Of a DNA stretch of 64,000 nt, positions 27,479 to 41,600 are shown one piece after another. Made by a program: the position numbers and the translations under genes. The notes under the pieces are model-generated. The model did no database searches, was not told the origin of the DNA, and was given only the letters and a program-made list of their open reading frames with translations. The stretch's first letter is position 1. Each line of letters opens with the position of its first letter. This DNA comes from the human T2T-CHM13v2.0 reference genome, Homo sapiens: the NCBI RefSeq assembly GCF_009914755.1, contig NC_060930.1; one strand, written 5' to 3'.

Positions 27479-30400
27479 TAACCTACCATATAAGATGATT
27501 AGAAAATCTGTCTGGCTTCAAAATTTATTCAATCTTAACAGAAATTTATCTGTTCAAAATGGCTGATTTGAAGTGGCCAGCACTTGCCTTCTCCACAAAA
27601 AAAAAGGAAGAAAACAACAAATAACAACACATTGAATATAGTATCTAAGAGAGAATGCTGAAATTCAGCAAGAAAGTAAAGAAGACTTTTTGAGGCATTA
27701 AAACTTGGGATGACGAGAGAGAGGGAAGTAAATTACCTGGCCAGAATCAGCTCAGAACCAAGAGAGACTCTTCATTGCAAGAAAAAAGTAAATGGAAGAT
27801 ACCTAGCAGTTCATATTTCCACCATGGACCTTAAAATCCTAGTTACAGGAGAGCCCTACAGCACTCACAGCCCTTGAGTCCAGTATAGGAAACTGCTTAA
27901 GTACACTCAACTGCATTATTCCTGATACGAAATTCATAGTGGGTCCCCACACTGTGACTGCTGTTACACAATGCCATTTTGAGAATGAAGTCACCACAAA
28001 AGTGCATTCTGCCCTGCATCTCCACATCCCTGGGGCTCTACCATCATCCTACCACATCCACCTAGAGGCCTGTAGTGTTGTGACACCAGCTGGACCCAGT
28101 GGAGCAGCTGTGTCCCTGGAATCTGAGCCCACACCATGGGAAGCAGAAGATCCTTCACAGCAAGGAAACTCTCCTTATTACAGAAGGAGCTTATGCACAT
28201 ACACCCTAGGGGCCCAAGTAATGGCCTACCCAGGTACCTCCATTAACTGCAACCCTATTGCCTACAGCAATAGAGCCACCGGTTGCATGCTTTCATTCTC
28301 TCTTGGGGCCCAAGGACTGGTCTGCCAGACATCCCAGCCTTAAGAGAAGCCACATCGCAGCCTCCACAATAACCCTAACTTAGGGCACTAAGGCACTTGC
28401 AGACACCGCTGATGTGGCTTACAGCCAATGAAATCACATAGAAACTACCCTACTTCTTCTACCCAGAACTGAAGCCGAAGCACCATACCCAAATTACAGT
28501 ATAGGACAAATCTACAGAAGAAAGTTCTGTAAACTTTCTTCAGTTTGAAAGCTACTTCATAAAATTGAAAGAAAAACAGTTCCACAAGATGTGCAGATAT
28601 GAATGCAGGGGGATAGAAGAAACATGCAAAAGCAAAGAACATGACACTTCTAAAGGAGCACAAAATATTTCAATCGTAGGTCTCCAAACAGAAGGGAATA
28701 TGTGAAATGCCTGAAAAGGAATTCAAAATAATGATCTTAAGAAAACTAACCAAGATGTAACAGAACACAAACAGACAATTCAAAATAAAGAAAACAATTC
28801 ATGATCTGAATGAGAAACGTAACAAAGAAACAGATATAAAAAAGAATCAAACAGAAATCTTGGACCTGAAGAATTCAAAGACTGGAATAAAAAAAAAAAT
28901 ACAACTGGGAGCTTCAACAGTATACCAGATCATGAAGAAGAAATAATTTCTGAGCTTGAAGACAAGTCTTTCAGTAATACAGTCAGACAAAAATAATGAG
29001 CACAGAAGAATAGCAAAAAGCCTATTGACATGTGGAAAATGATTAAGCAAACAAATATTCACATTGTGGGAATACCAAAGGAGAAAGGATGGGAAAAAAC
29101 ATAGAAAACCTGTTTAATAAAATAATAACTAAAAACTCTCCATGTCTGGGGAGAGATATTGAAATTCAGATGCACGAAGCTCAAAAATTCCCAAATAGAT
29201 TCAACCCAAAAAGTTATCTTTGATGCACATTGTAGTCAAACTGCCAAATATCAAAGACAGGGAATCCAAACAACAGTAAAAGGCAAGCATCAAGTCACAA
29301 ATAAGAAAAATTCCATCAGACTAACAGCAGATTTCTCAGCACACCCCTTATAGCCCAGAAAAGAATGGGATGATATAGTCAAACTGCTGAAACAAAAAGT
29401 AACGTGCCAGACAAGAATATTATACCAAGCCAAGCAATCCTTCAGAAATGAAGGATAAATAGTCCTTGCCAGACAGGCAAAAACTGAGGACATTCATTGC
29501 TACTAGACCACACCTACAAGAAATGCTTAGGGGAAGATCTACAATATCTACCATCATAAAAATACACAAAAGTATAAAACTCATTGGTAGAGTAGATAGA
29601 CAAATGAGAAATCAAAAGGATTCAAACATTACTACTACAGAAAACTACCAAATCACAAAAAATAAACAATAGTAGAGGAGGAAATGATATATGAAACAAT
29701 CAAAAAACAACTACAAAATGACAGAAGTAAGTCTTCACCTATCACTAACAACATTGAATTTAAATGGTTTAAATTTTCCAATAAAAATATAGAACAGATG
29801 AATGATTTAAAAAATAAAATTACCCAACTGTATGCTGCCTAAAAATATCCCTTCACCTGTAAAGACACAGAGACTGAAAGTGAAGGTGTAGAAAAAATAT
29901 ATTTCATGAAACCAAAAGCAAATAAGACTACTTATACTTACAGAAGATAAAATAGATTTTAAGTAAGATCTCATACAAAGACACAAAGGAGGTTATTACA
30001 ATGATAAAGGGATCAATTTGGCAAGAGGATATCACAGTTCTAAATGTATTAACATATTTACCCAACATCAAACCACTCAGATATTTAAAACAAATATTAT
30101 TAGAGCTAAAAGGAGAGAGAAACTCAAGTATAATAATAGTTGTGACTTCAATACTTTACTCTCCAGCATTGGACAGGTCATCTAGATAGAAAATCAACAA
30201 AGAAATATCAAACTTATACTGCACTATAGACAAAATTGACTCAATAGATATTTATAGAACCCTTCATTGAACAACTGCAGAATAAACATTCTTCTCATCA
30301 GCACATGGAACATCCTTCAGGATAGACAATATGTTAGAACACAAAGCTAGTCTAAAAAAATTTCAAAATTAAAATCAAATCAAGTATCTTATCAGACTAC

Positions 30401-32349
30401 AATGGGATAAAACTAGAAATTGATAATGAGAGGAATTTTAAAAACTGTTCAAATACATAGGAATTTAACAAGATGCTACTAAATGACCAATTGGTCAACA
30501 AAGAAATTGAAAAAAAGATTAAAAATTTGAAACGCATAAAAATAGAAAAATAAGTTATTATACCTTATAGGATAAATAAAAAGCAGTATTAAGAAAAGAG
30601 TTTATAGCAATAAAACCTACATCAATAAAGTAAAAGGATTTCAAATAAATAACCCAGTGATATAAATATCTCAAGGAAATTATAAAGCAAGAATAAAACA
30701 AATTCAGAATAGTGGAATACATAGTAAAGATCAGAGTAAAACTATACAAAATAGATGCTAAAAAATACAAAAAGCAACAAAATTAAAAGGTATTTTTTTG
30801 AAAATATAAGCAAAATCAACAAGGCATTATATAGCCTAGCTAAGAAAAAAAATAGACTACCTGAATAAATAAAATTAGAAACAAAAAAGGGGATTCAACT
30901 GACACCAGTCAAAATACATAGGATCATTAGAGACTATTATGAAAAAGTATATGCCAATAAATTGGAAAACTAGAGGAAATGAATAAATGATTGGATACAT
31001 ATAACCTACCAAGATTAAATCATCAATACATAAAAAATATGAACAGACCAATAATGAGTAAAATGATAGAGTCAGTGATAAAATGTTTCCCAATAAAGTA
31101 AAGCCCAAGACTGGGTGGCTTCATCACTCAATTCTACCAAACTTTTAAAAAATAACTAACACCATTTTTTTCTAAAAGTATTTTAAAAAAGTAGAGAGGC
31201 GGGAATTCTTCCTACATTTTTCTATAAGGCTGGGATTATGGGAATTCCTGACAAGGACACAACTAAAAGAAAAACTACAAGCCAATATCCTTGATAAATA
31301 TAGATGCAAAAATTCTCAACAAAACACTGACAAATAGACTCCCACAGCACAACAGAAATATACAACATGATCAATTGGGATTCATCCCAGAGATGCAAGA
31401 ATGGTTCATCATATGCAAATTAACAAATGTTATATATTACATCAACAGAATGAAAAACCAAAACCATAGGATTACCTTAATGGTTACAGAAAAAAAGTCT
31501 GGATAAATTTCAACACCTCTACATGATAAAAACTCTCAAGAAATTAGGTTTAGAAGGAGTTTACCTCAATGCACTATATACGACAAACCCACTGCTAACT
31601 CCATATTATACTAAATGGGGATAAGCCGAAAGCTATTTATCTGAGAACTGGAACAAGACGAGGTGCCCACTTTTGCCATTCTTTTATCTTAGCCAAACCA
31701 ATTAGGCAAGGGAAAGAAATAAAGGATTCCCAAATTGGAGAAGGAGAAGTCAAGTTGTCCTTCTTTGCAGATGACATCATCATATATATAGAAAAACCCA
31801 AAGACTCCACCAAATATACTATTAGAACTGATAAATAAACTCAGTAAAGTTACCACATACAAAATCAACATGCAATAATCAATAGTGTTTCTATATGCCA
31901 ACAATAAGCTAGCAGAAAAAAAATCAATAATGCAATCCTATTTATAATAGGTATCAAAAATAAAATACCTAGGAATAAATTTAACCAATAGTGTTAAAGA
32001 TCTCTACAATAATAACTGCAAAACATAGATTGAAAAATTGAAGATGACTCAAAATATTGGAAAGGTATTTTATATCCATTAATTAGAGTAATTAATATTG
32101 CTAAAGTGAATATATTACCCAAAGAGACCTATACATTCAATGCAATCTCTATCAAAATACCAATGAAATTCTTCACAGAAATAGAAACAACAATCCCAGT
32201 TCATATGGAACCAAAATAAACTCCAAATAGCCAAAGCAGTCTTGAGCAAAATCAACAAAACTGAACGTATCACACAACCTGTCTTCAAATGTATACTACA
32301 AACCTACTATAAACAAACCAGCTTGGTACTATTATAAAAACAGACACAT

Positions 32350-32450
32350 CCTGGGAGGCGGAGGTTGCAGTGAGCAGAGATCATGCCACTGCACTCCAGC
32401 CTGGGCGACAGAGTGAGATTCTGCCAAAAAAAAAAAAAAAAAAAAAAAAA
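32350..32450 (+). mobile_element. 5'-truncated Alu right-arm fragment with A25 tail inside L1 ORF2
   Basis: cctgggaggcggaggttgcagtgagc...gcgacagagtgag plus A run 32426-32450; no TSD visible. Confidence 0.95.
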
Positions 32451-32956
32451 CAATGGAATGGAAGAGAATAGAGAATCCAGAAATAAATTTTCATATCTAT
32501 AGCCAATAGATTTTTCTACAAAAGCACGAAGAACATGTACTGAGGAAAGGATACCCTCTTCAATAAATGATTCTGGGGAAACTAGATATCCATATTCAGA
32601 AGAATCAAACTAGGCTCAATCCACTCACCAGATACAAAAATCAACTCAAAATGGATTAAAGACTAAAATGTAACACCTAAAACTATAAAACTACGAGAAG
32701 AAAGCATAGGGGAAATGATTCAAGGCCTTGTTTGGGACAAATATTTTATGGGTAGGACTTCAAAACCACAGGCAATAAAATAGAAAACAGACAAGTGAAA
32801 TTATATCAAACTAAAACGTTTCTCTACATCAAAGAAAACAACCAACAGAGTGAAGAGATGACCTGTAGAATGGGATAAAATATCTGCAAACTATTCATCT
32901 AGCAAATCATTAATATCCAGAATATATAAGGAAAGGAACTCAAACAACTCAGTGAC

Positions 32957-32958
<2 letters not shown>

Positions 32959-33002
<44 letters not shown>
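32959..33002. repeat. (CA)22 microsatellite
   Basis: Perfect CA run inside the L1. Confidence 0.98.
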
Positions 33003-33005
<3 letters not shown>

Positions 33006-36000
33006 TGATTAAAATGGGCAAATAATCTGAACAGACATTTCTCAAAAGACAATATACGAATGTTCAAAAACCATAAGAAAAATTGCTTAACATCACTAAT
33101 CATCAAGGAAATTAAAATCAAAACTACAATGAGATATTATCTCCTTCCAGTTAGAATGGTTATTACCAAAAAGAGAAAAAAATACTAATGCTGGAGAAAA
33201 GGGAACTTTTATACACTGTTGGTAGAAATATAAATCAGTACAGCCATTAGGGAAAACAGTATGGGGCTAGTTCAAAATACCAAAAATAGAACTACCAAAT
33301 GATCCAGCATTACCCCAATGGGCATTTATCTAAAGGAAAGGAAATTAGTTTGGCAAAGATATCTCTGCAACCACATGTTTATAACAGCACTATTCACAAC
33401 AACCAAGCTATAAAATCAACCTAAGTTTTCATCAAAAGATAAGTGGGTAAAGAAAATGTGGTATATATACACAATGGAATACTATTTAGCCATAGAAAAT
33501 AACAAAATTCTGTCATTTTAGGCAGTGTGGATGAACCTGGAGGACATTATGGTGAATAAGTAAGGCACAGAAAGATAAACACCACCTGTTCTTATTCAAA
33601 TATGAGAGCTACAAATGTTGAGCTCACAAAAGTACAGAGTAGAATTGTGGATATTAGAGTCTGGGGAAGATGGTGAGGGGAGGATAGGGAGAGATTGATC
33701 ATGGATACAAAATTACAGTTAGATAGGGGAAATACATTTTAATGTTCTGTAACTGTGTAGGGTGATTATAGTTAAAAATAATTTATTGTGTATTTTTAAA
33801 TAGCTAGAAGAGAGGATTTTGTATGTTCCCAACATAAAGAAGTGGTAAGTGTTTGAGGTGATAAATATGCTAAGTACCATGATTTGATCATTGCACATTG
33901 TATACATGTATTGAAATCTCACTCACTACCCCGTATATATGTACAATTATGAATTTATTATAAATTTAAAAATGTGTCTTGGATCCTTTATTTTTAACCA
34001 TCCCCAAATTTTGTGATTCTCTTAACATTAAAGAAGTAATTGTATTGAATGATAAGCAATAATTATAGCACCTTTACCCCAAAGCTTCAAATAACTGTGC
34101 AAAAACATTGCATGTATTTTTTTAAAGTTATTAAGTTGATAGCCTGAATTTCTTCAGATTTTACTGTAAGTTCTAAAAAGAAAAAAATATTTACTCCAAA
34201 AATGTTGCTCTCAATATTGCTTCAATGAATAATACAGTTGATTGTTTAAAAGGTTGGTACAAAATTTATTAACTGAATAAATAAATTTAACACTAAAATA
34301 TACTTTATTTGGGGGTTTGTAGATTTTAGGGCATCACTTGTTAATTGCTAACTTTATATTTTAAAGTTATACAGAAACATTTCTATGTTTATTTCCCGCA
34401 GTATAATTATTAATGTTTTAAATGTTTGAATTTATATTTAAATATATTTTAGTTATAATATTTTAATATTGTGTGATAGTTATAAAATAGCATAAAATGT
34501 ATAACAAGTGCTAGAGTCATTATACAGATGCCATGATTATTAAAATAAAACTAATATAAAATAATAGCAGATTATAAAAATTCAATTTGATCCTAATTTA
34601 TTGAAAGCAGCTGAGCTCTTAATTATTCACTTCGCCTCATAAAATTCAAGGTCTGTTTGTAATAGGTCAGGTAGGCCATGAAATCTAAAGAAATTAAATT
34701 GGGTCATATAAAAAGCAGAAATTTGCCTGAGGGCTAAGCAAAATCTTAGCAATGTGGAAAAAAAGGAGAGCGGGAACTCAGTTTACACATACGTGAACAT
34801 TTTTCATTTGTATGTTTCTGTGTTCACATAAGAAAATCAGGATCTAAATAAGAGAGTAATAGAGCTCACAATGAACTCAGTAAGAATTAATTGGTAAATG
34901 GTGCTTAATTTAGTTTCCAGGACATGTGTTCTTTTAAAATAGGCACTGATGTAAGAAACTTCCTTTCTGGAAGGTGTCACCTTTTTTGTCCAAATTTTGT
35001 AGTAATAAAAGGAAAAAAGGAGCTAAAATTGAAATGAAGCATTTACTGTTCTCGTGTGGCTTGTTGTGGCATTTTTAATCCCTATGTTATCTTTTCTGTC
35101 TGTTGGAATGCCACCAAGAGAAACAGCAGCTGAATAGCTGAATTCAGATATTTACTTAGCAGAAAGAGAGTTAAATGTAAGGGGCAGTGAATGGGGGTTG
35201 TGGATTTGGTGAACAGAAATGCATTAAGAAAGGTGCAGAGATAGCATGTGAAAGGAGAAATTGATGGCAATATTAAATGAACTACTGATCCAATAATTAG
35301 TTTTCCTAGAAGACAGGTTCCCTAAAACAAGTAGTTACAGAACAGTTCACTTAAAAAAAAATTGCCAATACTAAATATTGGAATACTAAATAATACTAAA
35401 TATTATCAGAAGTTAGCCTCATGACACCAAACAACAGCTCAATTTAGGCAATTGGCAGTAAATTGACTGTAAATTGGCAGTCTTCTCTGTATTCTATAAT
35501 AAGAACCCAAAATACAGAAGTACCCAATGAATAAACAAATAACCATTTCATCCATACTTTTTGATGTTGATCACCAATCCACATTGAACCTAATTCCCTA
35601 TAGAAGAGCAACAGAAAATGCAATTGTTGAATGCATATATCTGGTTTCCATAGCCTTATTGCCTGAAGATACTTCCTAGATATTTCATAATTCATTTTAA
35701 CTTTTTAAAATTGGCCTACATTTCAGGTGTTTTGTTTGGGCAGACGTGTCAGTCCAAGCATTAGATTCAAGTATATCTATTCTTTCCTTGATGAAGTTAT
35801 TTTCATGCACAATGCCTTGCTCTCTTCATTTATCTTTTTATAAATAACAAAAAAATATCATGACAATTCCAAGACAGGGATCTATACTCAGAGTAGCACC
35901 ATTTTAAATAAATGTAGATTTTAATATATATTCAATTCACAATTATTTCCCCAGCCTTCTTTAATTCATGACATAAGCCAGACAATAAGGCTGAAACAAA

Positions 36001-36154
36001 CTTAAAAATTCTGCAATATATAAGCTATATGTGTTTGTGTGTGTGTGTTTATATATATAAAAATTTAAACTTAAAAAAATATATATATGCCTTGTTGGTG
36101 TATAAACTACTTTTTCCCTGAAAAGTGGTAGGAATACATTTAGAGTTGGTTCAA

Positions 36155-36485
36155 TTTTCTTTCTTTTCTTTTCTTTCTTTCTTTCTTTCTTTCTTTTTTT
36201 TTTTTTTTTTTGATACGGAGTCTCACTCTGTTGCCCAGGCTGGAGTGCAGTGGCGTGATCTCGGCTCACTGCAACCTCCACCTCCTGGGGTTCAAGCTAT
36301 TCTGCTGCCTCAGCCTCCCGAGTAGCTGGGACTACAGGCGCCCGCCACCCCGCCCGGCTAATTTTTTCCATTTTTAGTAGAGACAGGGTTTCACCATATT
36401 AGCCAGGATGGTCTCGATCTCCTTATCCGACTGCCTCGGCCTCTCAAAGTGCTGGGATTACAGGCGTGAGCCACTGCTCCCGGCC
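36155..36485 (-). mobile_element. Alu, AluSc-like, with (TTTC)n/T tail
   Basis: Canonical Alu; small deletion near gatctccttatccg. Confidence 0.97.
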
Positions 36486-36602
36486 AATTCTTAATTTTTT
36501 AAGTAATCACTTTTGTTCTCTCACTACTTTAAAGTACATTATGACAAATCTCAAAATACATTATGTTTTCCATTGATAAACAAAGCATTTCATGTAACCT
36601 TT

Positions 36603-36908
36603 TAAGGGTGGTTTGCACTGGTGACTTCCTTCAGAAAAGTATGGAAAGGGGAGAATATGTGGCTTTATAGTGGAGAAACGTGACACACACTACCTCAGCC
36701 AGGTGATCAAAGTTAATACTATGATATGTCATGTTGATAGTACATGCCCTTGATATGATGTCATGAGATTGGCATTTATTTACTTTTATAATCTCGCCTC
36801 TAAAATAAATGCATTACCTCAGTATAATCATAAGGAAAACATCAGTCAAGCACAAATTGAGGAATATTCTAACAAAACCGATGAGATCTTCTCAAAACTG
36901 TCAAGGCT
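36603..36908 (+). mobile_element. L1MC/L1MD-type 3' UTR fragment
   Basis: gtggagaaacgtgacacacactacctcagccaggtgatcaaagttaa...gtcatgttgatagtacatgcccttgatatgatg. Confidence 0.8.
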
Positions 36909-37859
36909 TTTACAATCAAGGTTGTCACTGAACCCATTTAAACTGTGCTACTATACATCTTGCTGTATCTATACCAGCAATTCTATAGAAATTAATCACA
37001 ATTCTGTTTTGCCTTCTGCTCAATAAAGAGGATTCATTTCTTCCTCTTACCTCCACTGAAACCAAGGAGCGGGAATGGCACAAAGCCCAGGAACAGAATC
37101 TAATACTCTTGCTTCCTTTCAGTTCTCCTACTTCTAGTCATGTTGTTTTCAGAAATAAAAATATTTCATTATTATTGATAATCTATTCTCATATTTTGTC
37201 ATTCCTTTCCATTTTGATACCTAAAATAAGCCTTTTGTGCTTAAAAGTCAAAAATTGCAGGGGGGTTTTGTTTGCTTGTCTATTTGCTTGTTTGTTTAAT
37301 TCAGTTCTTCTAGAATGAATTTTCTAAATAAAATGATTACTGCTAATGTGGTGGCCAGTTTGACGGACGGTTACTAGAAGAAATAAAGCCCATCCTAGGC
37401 AGAGGAAAATAAATAATATTTCATTATGTCAATAACTTTCTCTAGAATATTTAAGGCTTTCTCATTACCTTCAAGTAAAGTCCATTTAATGTGATTTTCA
37501 AGTTGTTTTTTAAATTTATCCCAAGTATTACAATAAATATACAATAAAACCTCATTTCTAAAATTGTCATTTTTATTAATAATATTTACATAACATGATG
37601 ACTGTGCCATTGTCACAGCCTGAAATCTGATATTTGATTTTTTCTAGCTCTCTAAATTTATATGTAGATTTAAATGTTCACCTTAGACTTTTCTAACCAC
37701 ACCAGCTTACAGTGTACTCCAAATCTTTTTTAGGAATAAAATTGAATCTCTTTCTTTCATTTGACAATTTACTATGACTTGCCTAGTTACATCTCTTGTG
37801 GTATTATGGAATATTTGTAAAGCAAGTATGAAACTTTGTTCTTATGGTATTTGAGTCTG

Positions 37860-37970
37860 TAATGTATTTAAAAAGGATGTCAGACTCTGACAATTTGAAT
37901 GACTTGCTTATGATCACAAAAGTGACAGGCAGCAAGATCAAGACTAGATCCACATATTATTCTGACTTGG
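37860..37970 (-). mobile_element. MIR fragment
   Basis: tgaatgacttgcttatgatcaca...tctgact antisense MIR. Confidence 0.55.
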
Positions 37971-38738
37971 AACTCCTATTCTCGGTTTCACCCTTTCACT
38001 TTCTTGCTTTCCTTCTCCCCGGGAAATTTGGAAAGATTTCTGTTTTTCTTGCATCTGTAGCTGCCTCTCTCAACACTGCATACAGAAATAAGCCAAATAA
38101 GTAATCTATAATAATATAAATCAAGTGCTTATGTAATTAAATTTTCATAGAGACTAATATGAACAAGATGAACAGATTTGTCTCTGACCCATTTGTTCTC
38201 AATCCTAGTTCAGAAGTGAGCGCAATACACTCTTTATGCTTACCTGTTTTCTCTCAGATCCAGGGAAGTTTTTGCCTGCAAATGGAAATTCCAAGTGTTT
38301 GTCATAAAATGTATTATTTTGACCCTCCTAACTATATCTTACCAATGGAAAAGTGATAGAAGATTTTAAAATAGACACATGGCAGTTATCTTTAATGAAA
38401 AGAGCATGTCAGAGCTTAAGGATACTGACTCTTAGCTATGTACTCTATAAAGTGGGTGAAATTTGTCCTGTTTAGTGATGTCAGTCCAGGTCAAGGAGCA
38501 GTGTTATAATTTTCAGCATTCTCAATAGCAACTATTCCAGTGCCATGAATACAGTATGAGCCGAATTAATTACTGACTTAATAAAATGTTGTATGGCCCA
38601 CATGTCAGAGATATTCAGTCTTTCTCAACAAATGACACAGTAGGTAATAGAATTGAGTAAATTTATCATTGGTATATTAAGTACAATGAGATTGCAATTT
38701 CTTTATTCACACTACAGCAAAGATATCAGTATGACTCA

Positions 38739-39190
38739 TGTGACAAACAGTGCAGTTTCTTGCCCAATATCGTTTTTGCCCTCTGCCCTTATTAATATAA
38801 TCCTAATTTGGTTTCGAATAGAAATGTGTTCAGTTTCCTTGGCTCCTTTGCCTCTATGATGGTTGCCATGGGGCAATAAGATGTCATTAGATATTGATTT
38901 GTGGGAGTGTCATAACAGTCACTATGTTTTTAAAAAGTAATAATAATAATAAAGGGACAAAGCATCCTGGCATAGGCCTGATGACCTCTACTTTTCTTTC
39001 TTTATTTTAGACTCTGACCAATGTGTGGTAGCAGCTTGTGAGTAGGAAGACGGAAGAATCTCCATCTCTTTTGGCATCATGGAACTGTCCTGCATGGCTT
39101 ACTTCCAGACTTTGTTATGTGAGAGAGCAATTTATTTAAGCTGGATAATTGGGTTTCTTTCATCCTAAGCCAAACATAATTCCAACTATG
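38739..39190 (+). mobile_element. LTR33-like ERVL LTR
   Basis: tgtgacaaacagtg...gcccaatatc...; cttacttccagactttgttatgtgagaga...tatttaagc...agccaaacataattcc. Confidence 0.7.
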
Positions 39191-39837
39191 GCTTTCTTTT
39201 CAAGTCAAATCCAGTATTTGGGAAGAGAAATAAGGTACAAAGTAACCTTATTATCCATGAAGACTTGTGCTTAGGGATGTAGGTGGTCATAATATGTATG
39301 ATAAAGTTCCCTACGGCTATTGTCCACTAGAAAGCACCAATTTCTCACAAAGTCAAGATCAAAGCCAGTATTATACTACAATAAGTTTTCCCTGATCTGC
39401 TGTTTACCAAGCTCTTTTAAATCTGAAATCAGAAGAGAGAATTTCCCTGAAGTAATTAACAAACCATCATTTGGTGTTATTTTTGAAACAATGAGTTATT
39501 TCAAAATTTGAAAAGATCAATGATCAGTTGGGTCATTCACCAAGAAAAAACAAAATTAAATTAATTTTGAATTAAAATACCTAGTCAAAACTATTAAAAA
39601 TTTTTTAAATTGTATCAAATTATTAAAATAACTCTAGTATGTAGTAAAATTATGTTTAATTGCTATATAAGGTCCACATATAATTTATTATCTAATACCT
39701 CTGAACTTTTAATTCAATTTTGAAAATATTTTACATTTTATTTATGTAGTAAATAATTTTATTTAAAGTTCAGCCACATGCCTAAAACTTTCATTAATTT
39801 AGTCATTAAATAATCACTGATGGTTTATTATGATAGA

Positions 39838-40058
39838 AATTATGCTAGCAAGATTTGGCCTGCACTAGCTCTTGAAAGTTTTTCCCCTCTCTTCTCAAGT
39901 CTGCAATAAGTAGCATCACAATTCATCTTGAAATCTGCCATACTAGGAATATTTACACCAAATAAATTGGCAAATGCTGAAAATAAATTTCTGTGTGTGG
40001 AGTGGGGTTGTGTGAGGGGATAAATGACAGTTGTTAAGCATTTACCAGCACACTATTG
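39838..40058 (+). mobile_element. MER63A-like hAT-Blackjack DNA transposon
   Basis: cttgaaatctgccat...gaatatttacacca...ttggcaaatgct; end gttgttaagcatttaccagcacactattg. Confidence 0.75.
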
Positions 40059-41146
40059 CAAAGAATATAAAGGTAAATAAGATGCCACTTCCTGCTTATT
40101 TCTTCAATGAATATTGATTTAGCCTAATTTTATGCCATATACTTGTTAGATTTCATGAAAATTGCAGATATGTTGCATGATCATTTTATTCACTGATGAA
40201 AATTTTTATTGAATGTCCATTACTAGTGGTTAAGTGCTGCTGCTATTTAGAGTTTACATTTTAGTGGACTAGGTCTTCTCCTGAAGATTTTTACAATATA
40301 GCAGGAGGTATTCTACCTGCTTACAAACCACTGAAATGCAAGAAAGTGTCTGAGAAGTCTAGGTGAAGGTGAAGTCGATGGGTTATGTAATTCTGAGCAA
40401 GAGAGAACACTTGTGAGTAAGCCGGTAAACCGTACAATGCTTCACGGAAGCTTGACATTTGGAAAAGAAATCTTTAGCTAAAAGTTGGTGTGGGTGGTGG
40501 GCAGATTACCTCTTTGTCATTTTGAACTTACGACTCTTTTTTCATATTTTTGTTAAAATGACTTTCATGTGTCTTTCCACCATTAGGCTTTGAGAACGCT
40601 TCACAAAACACAAGATGAATACTAATCTGTTTTGTTTCCTGGCATAGAAACTGTCACAGTCCAAATTCCCAATAAATGCCTTCTGGACTGAATTCAGGTG
40701 GGAGAAATAAAAGGAAAATGCAAGCCGTGTTTAGGAAATGGTGAGCACTATAATTTGGCTGGATGAAAGACTGTGAGAAGTAAAGTGTATTAAAAGAGAT
40801 AAATAAGAAAAAGAAGTGAAGTCAGATTCTAAGACTTTATTACATAGAGAAGACCTGATCTTTTTTGTTCGTGGGCATTTAAAAAGTATCTAGTAGTAAG
40901 AGAGAACAATCAAATCATGTTCTAGAAGGGTAATCTGACAGGTGTTTTGAAGGTGAATTGCCATGCAGAGGCAAAAATGAATATTTAGAAAATAATGAAA
41001 TAATAGATAACAAATAAAAATGGATATCATGGGGCAAAAATAAAAATTATAGAATACAGTAGATTTCAAGGTAGATAAAATAGGAAAATTGGGTATCATT
41101 ACGTACAAAATAGTGACTGAGAAGAAAGCAACATATTTTGAGCCAG

Positions 41147-41188
41147 TATATTTTGGAATATGAGGAATATATTTTGGAATATGAGGAA
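41147..41188. repeat. Perfect 21-bp tandem duplication
   Basis: tatattttggaatatgaggaa twice. Confidence 0.95.
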
Positions 41189-41457
41189 TCCACTTGAAGA
41201 ACTAAGGAATGAAGAAAAGAACATACTTTTGGTTTTGTACATTTATTTTCTTTAAAAACGTGAGGTTTTTGTATATGTTAAGTTTAGCCTTTACATACTT
41301 TATAAATATATGAGATATGCATTAACAAAAGTTAGAATTCAACAAATTGTTCAATATGCATATATACAGTTATAGTTGTTTAAAAAGAAGTATGGAATGT
41401 ATTTAAAGCAAATACTTTACTTTAAGATATATTACTGAAAATATTTAACTTAAACTA

Positions 41458-41600
41458 GGCCAGGCATGGTGGCTCATGCCTATAATCCTAGCACTTTGGG
41501 AGGCAGAAGTGGAAGAATTGCTTGAGGCCATGAGTTCGAGACCGGAGTGGGCAACATAGCACAACACCATCTCTTAAAAAAATAATAAAAATAAAAGTAT
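41458..41600 (+). mobile_element. FLAM (free left Alu monomer)
   Basis: Single Alu monomer plus A-rich tail; TSD atatttaacttaaacta (41441-41457)/atatataacgtaaacta (41601-41617). Confidence 0.92.

Larger units (their letters stand above)
27520..33970 (+). mobile_element. Near full-length decayed L1 (L1MA4/5-like 3' end): 5' UTR, ORF1 about 28600-29540, ORF2 about 29718-33560
   Basis: caaaatggc 5' start; ORF1 remnants (IRLTADFS, TRPHLQEML); ORF2 remnants ([29 protein letters not shown], tttgcagatgac = FADD); L1MA 3' UTR gctagaagagaggattttg; many stops and frameshifts. Confidence 0.95.

Noticed and set aside
27939-28343. 134-aa ORF
   Set aside because: Lies in the L1 5' UTR, has a GTG start and no recognisable protein similarity.
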